Shown here: in pieces, positions 61,532-64,000 of the stretch
How the letters are laid out: each line of letters begins with the position of its first letter
Position numbering within the stretch: position 1 is the first letter of the stretch
Assembly: GCA_000004695.1 (NCBI GenBank)
Contig: CM000153.2
Span: 4,000,001-4,064,000 of the forward strand
DNA from: Dictyostelium discoideum
Lineage: Eukaryota
Reading direction: 5' to 3'
Length of the DNA: 64,000 nucleotides
The notes under the pieces: generated by a model
What the model saw: the letters and a program-made list of their open reading frames with translations, nothing else
What the model was told of the DNA's origin: nothing
Databases searched by the model: none
Position numbers and translations under genes: made by a program

Positions 61532-62677
61532 TTATTATTAGAATCTGAATCATTGTCAAATTCAAATAGTTCAATTGGTTCATCATGTTCAACTTATTCC
61601 TCCACTTCTTCTTCTTCCTCAAAACCTTTATATGGCGATAATTGGTACGTTGGTGAATTTAGAAAAGATAATAATTGGAGAAAAGGTAAATATAGTACAA
61701 CTATTATTAGAGGCCATAAAGAGATTGTATGGAGTTTATTATTTGAATCCGATTCAAATACATTAATTAGTGGTAGTGAAGATATGACAGTAAAGGTTTG
61801 GGATTGTAATGGAATAGGATCAGGCGGTAACAATAACGGTATTGGTCAGTATCAAGATGATATTGAAGATAGTAAAAAACGTTGTAAGAAAACATTAACT
61901 GGTCATAAAAATGGTACCATTTGTTTAGGTAGTACTCCAACTAGATTAGTTAGTGGTAGTGCTGATGGTAGCTTAAAAATATGGGATCGTCAAGAGGGTA
62001 ATTGTTTGGAAACTATTCAAACCCATAGTTCTGTTTGGTGTTTACAAATAATGGGTAATCAATTAATTTGTGGTTGTGTTGATGGTACCATGAAAGTATT
62101 TGATCTCAATACTTCTGGTTGTGTACGTACAATGAGAGGTCATACAGCTCCAGTAAGATGTTTACAAAGTGTCAATCATAATGGTCAAGAGTTAATAGTT
62201 TCTGGCTCCTACGATAAAAGTATTAAAATTTGGGATATGAATGGTACTTGTGTAAATACAATTCGAGCTCATACCCATAAAATAAATTGTTTACAATATG
62301 AAAATGGTCAATTAGTAAGTGGTAGTCATGATAGTTTATTAAAGGTAAGTTTTTTTTTTTTTTTTATTTATTTTATTTAATAAAAATTTAGAATATTAAC
62401 ACAATTATATTTTTTTTTATATCAGATTTGGGATATGAATGGCGGTTTAATACATACATTACAAGGTCATGATAATATGATTCATTGTTTACAATTTAAA
62501 GGAAATAAACTATTAAGTGGTTCAACCGATAGTACCATAAGACTTTGGGATTTAAAAACTGGCTCACATATAAATACTATAAAGGGGCAATCCGCAGTGT
62601 GTTGCCTAAAATTTAATGATTCAAAATTAATTACTGGTTATGAAGATAGTTCAATTAAAATATTTGACTTTTCTTAA
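60377..62677 (+). CDS. F-box/WD40-repeat protein (SCF substrate adaptor, FBXW7/beta-TrCP-like architecture with a coiled-coil D-domain before the F-box)
   Basis: Exon 1 is 60377..62344 (donor GTAAGT). Exon 2 is 62426..62677 (acceptor ATATCAG). F-box: LPEEVMLHILKFLSPIDLCRGVCRVSLKWRSLAFDISLWRDLC. Seven or more WD repeats (GHKEIVWSLLF...SGSEDMTVKVWD; GHKNGTICL; SGSADGSLKIWD; GHTAPVRCL; SGSYDKSIKIWD; AHTHKINCL; GHDNMIHCLQF...STDSTIRLWD). Coding (AAT)n poly-Asn at 61450..61530. Confidence 0.85.
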
Positions 62678-62702
62678 CTTCAAAAAAAAAGAAAAAACAA
62701 AT

Positions 62703-62704
<2 letters not shown>

Positions 62705-62775
<71 letters not shown>
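62705..62775. repeat. (AAT)n microsatellite in the 3' flank of the F-box/WD gene
   Basis: Read directly from the sequence. Confidence 0.9.
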
Positions 62776-62776
<1 letters not shown>

Positions 62777-62976
62777 TAATAATAATTATAATAATATTAA
62801 ATAATTTTAAAAATTAATAAATAAAATAAATAATATTTAATTTAAAAAAAAAAAAAAAAAATTTATTAAACAAATTTATGTCAAAAGTATTTAATTAAGA
62901 TTAAATTGAAAGGAATAATTTTTTTTGTTTGATTTTTGTAATTTTATGAACTAATGAAAATATGGGTACCTAAAAA

Positions 62977-63794
62977 TTACATTCCAATTGTTACAGTTTC
63001 ATTATCTGGTAGTGGTTTCCATGTTTTATTTATTTCAGATGCTAATTTTATAAATGCTTCTTCGACACCCAAAGATTCCTTTGCACTAACCTCAATAATT
63101 GGAATGTTTTTATCATCTGCAAATTTCTAAAATAAAAATTAAAAAATTTTTAATAATTTTTTTTTTAAAATAAATTCTATAAAAAGTAAACTTTGATTTT
63201 AATAATTACTTTTGCATTATTAAAATTCACAACTCTTTTTTCATTAAGGTCGCATTTATTTGCAATAATTAAAATTGGAACATTTGGACCTGCTAACCTA
63301 TGCACTTCTTCCAACCATCTACCTACATTATCAAATGTTTTTTGATTTGCGATATCATAAAAAAGCATAATACCATCAGCACATCTATAATAGGACTGAG
63401 AAAGTGCCCTGAATTTTTCTTGGCCTGCAGTGTCGTAACATTTGAGGCTTATTTTTTTACCTTCTATTTGAATTTTTTTTGTAAAACAATCAATTATTAT
63501 AGGTGATGGTTTATGACAAACTTCAAATTGATTATTTTTAAATCTTTGTAATACTGAAGATTTACCTGTTGCTTGATCACCAATTACTTTTTTTTTTTTG
63601 TGTGTGAATAAAAAGTTGGATCTATGTTGAAAAAAAAATAATAATAATTATAAAAATATTTACATATAATAGTATATACATCACTATTGTTTAAAAAATA
63701 TCATTAATAAACTATTCAATTTTATTATCAAATAACCAATAAATAAATGAAAAAAATAAAAAAAATATATTTACTCTTTCTTTATTTTTTCCAT
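62977..63794 (-). CDS. Rab-family small GTPase (atypical: no C-terminal Cys prenylation motif in this model), 3 exons
   Basis: Exon 63775..63794 (MEKIKKE, donor GTAAAT, phase 2; weakest part). Exon 63210..63621 (acceptor CATAG; KKVIGDQATGKSSVLQRF (P-loop), DTAGQEKFRALSQSYYRCADGIMLFYDI (switch II/RabF), IIANKCDL (NKxD); donor GTAATT). Exon 62977..63126 (acceptor TTTTAG; EVSAKESLGVEEAF (SAK), ends ...TVTIGM*). Confidence 0.55.
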
Positions 63795-64000
63795 TGTGGT
63801 TGGTTCTGATACATAATTAGAAGACTTTTCTCTTGAGTGAAAACAACCCGTTTATAATAGTTTTCAATATTTTTTTAGAAAATATAAAAATAATTTAAAA
63901 AAAGAAATAGATAATAAATTAATTTCAAAAAATAAATTTTTTGAAAGTTGGAGATCTTAAAAATATTTACTCTTTATTTGTTTTTACGGCTGAAGTTGGT

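Overview
This window is AT-rich (~75-80% A+T) eukaryotic nuclear DNA with homopolymer A/T tracts, (AAT)n/(CAA)n microsatellites inside coding regions (poly-Asn/poly-Gln), and short AT-rich introns with GTAAGT/GTATGT donors and AG acceptors. The style matches a social amoeba (Dictyostelium-like) chromosome arm. It is not prokaryotic or phage DNA. I found no CRISPR array, operon, tRNA, rRNA or transposon.

I reconstructed about 27 protein-coding genes by hand from the ORF track plus splice-site and frame analysis. The housekeeping genes are a Leo1 (Paf1 complex) homolog, adenosine kinase, asparagine synthetase, Ku70 (with SAP and a C-terminal PBZ zinc finger), ribosomal protein S5/uS7, a GH5 cellulase, a GH13 alpha-amylase, a phospholipase-B-like (PLBD) protein, an Ap4A phosphorylase (APA1/2-like), an F-box/WD40 protein, a Rab-like GTPase, an ankyrin+RGS protein, a SWIM-finger protein and a TMEM258/Ost5-like protein. 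There is a cluster of amoeba-specific FNIP-repeat genes, one of which is frameshifted.

The most unusual loci are:
- a secreted CAP/PR-1 domain fused in one exon to a papain-like domain whose catalytic Cys and oxyanion Gln are replaced (a pseudopeptidase);
- a single gene encoding an NmrA-like NAD(P)-binding domain fused to a PIP-kinase domain;
- a small secreted protein made of five near-identical 81-bp (27-aa, 4-Cys) tandem modules;
- a GC-rich inverted-repeat element in an intergenic region that may be a small ncRNA;
- an ATGA stop/start overlap of two ORFs at the TMEM258-like locus.

All coordinates and exon models are manual and approximate to within a few nucleotides. Protein identities rest on remembered family signatures, not database searches.
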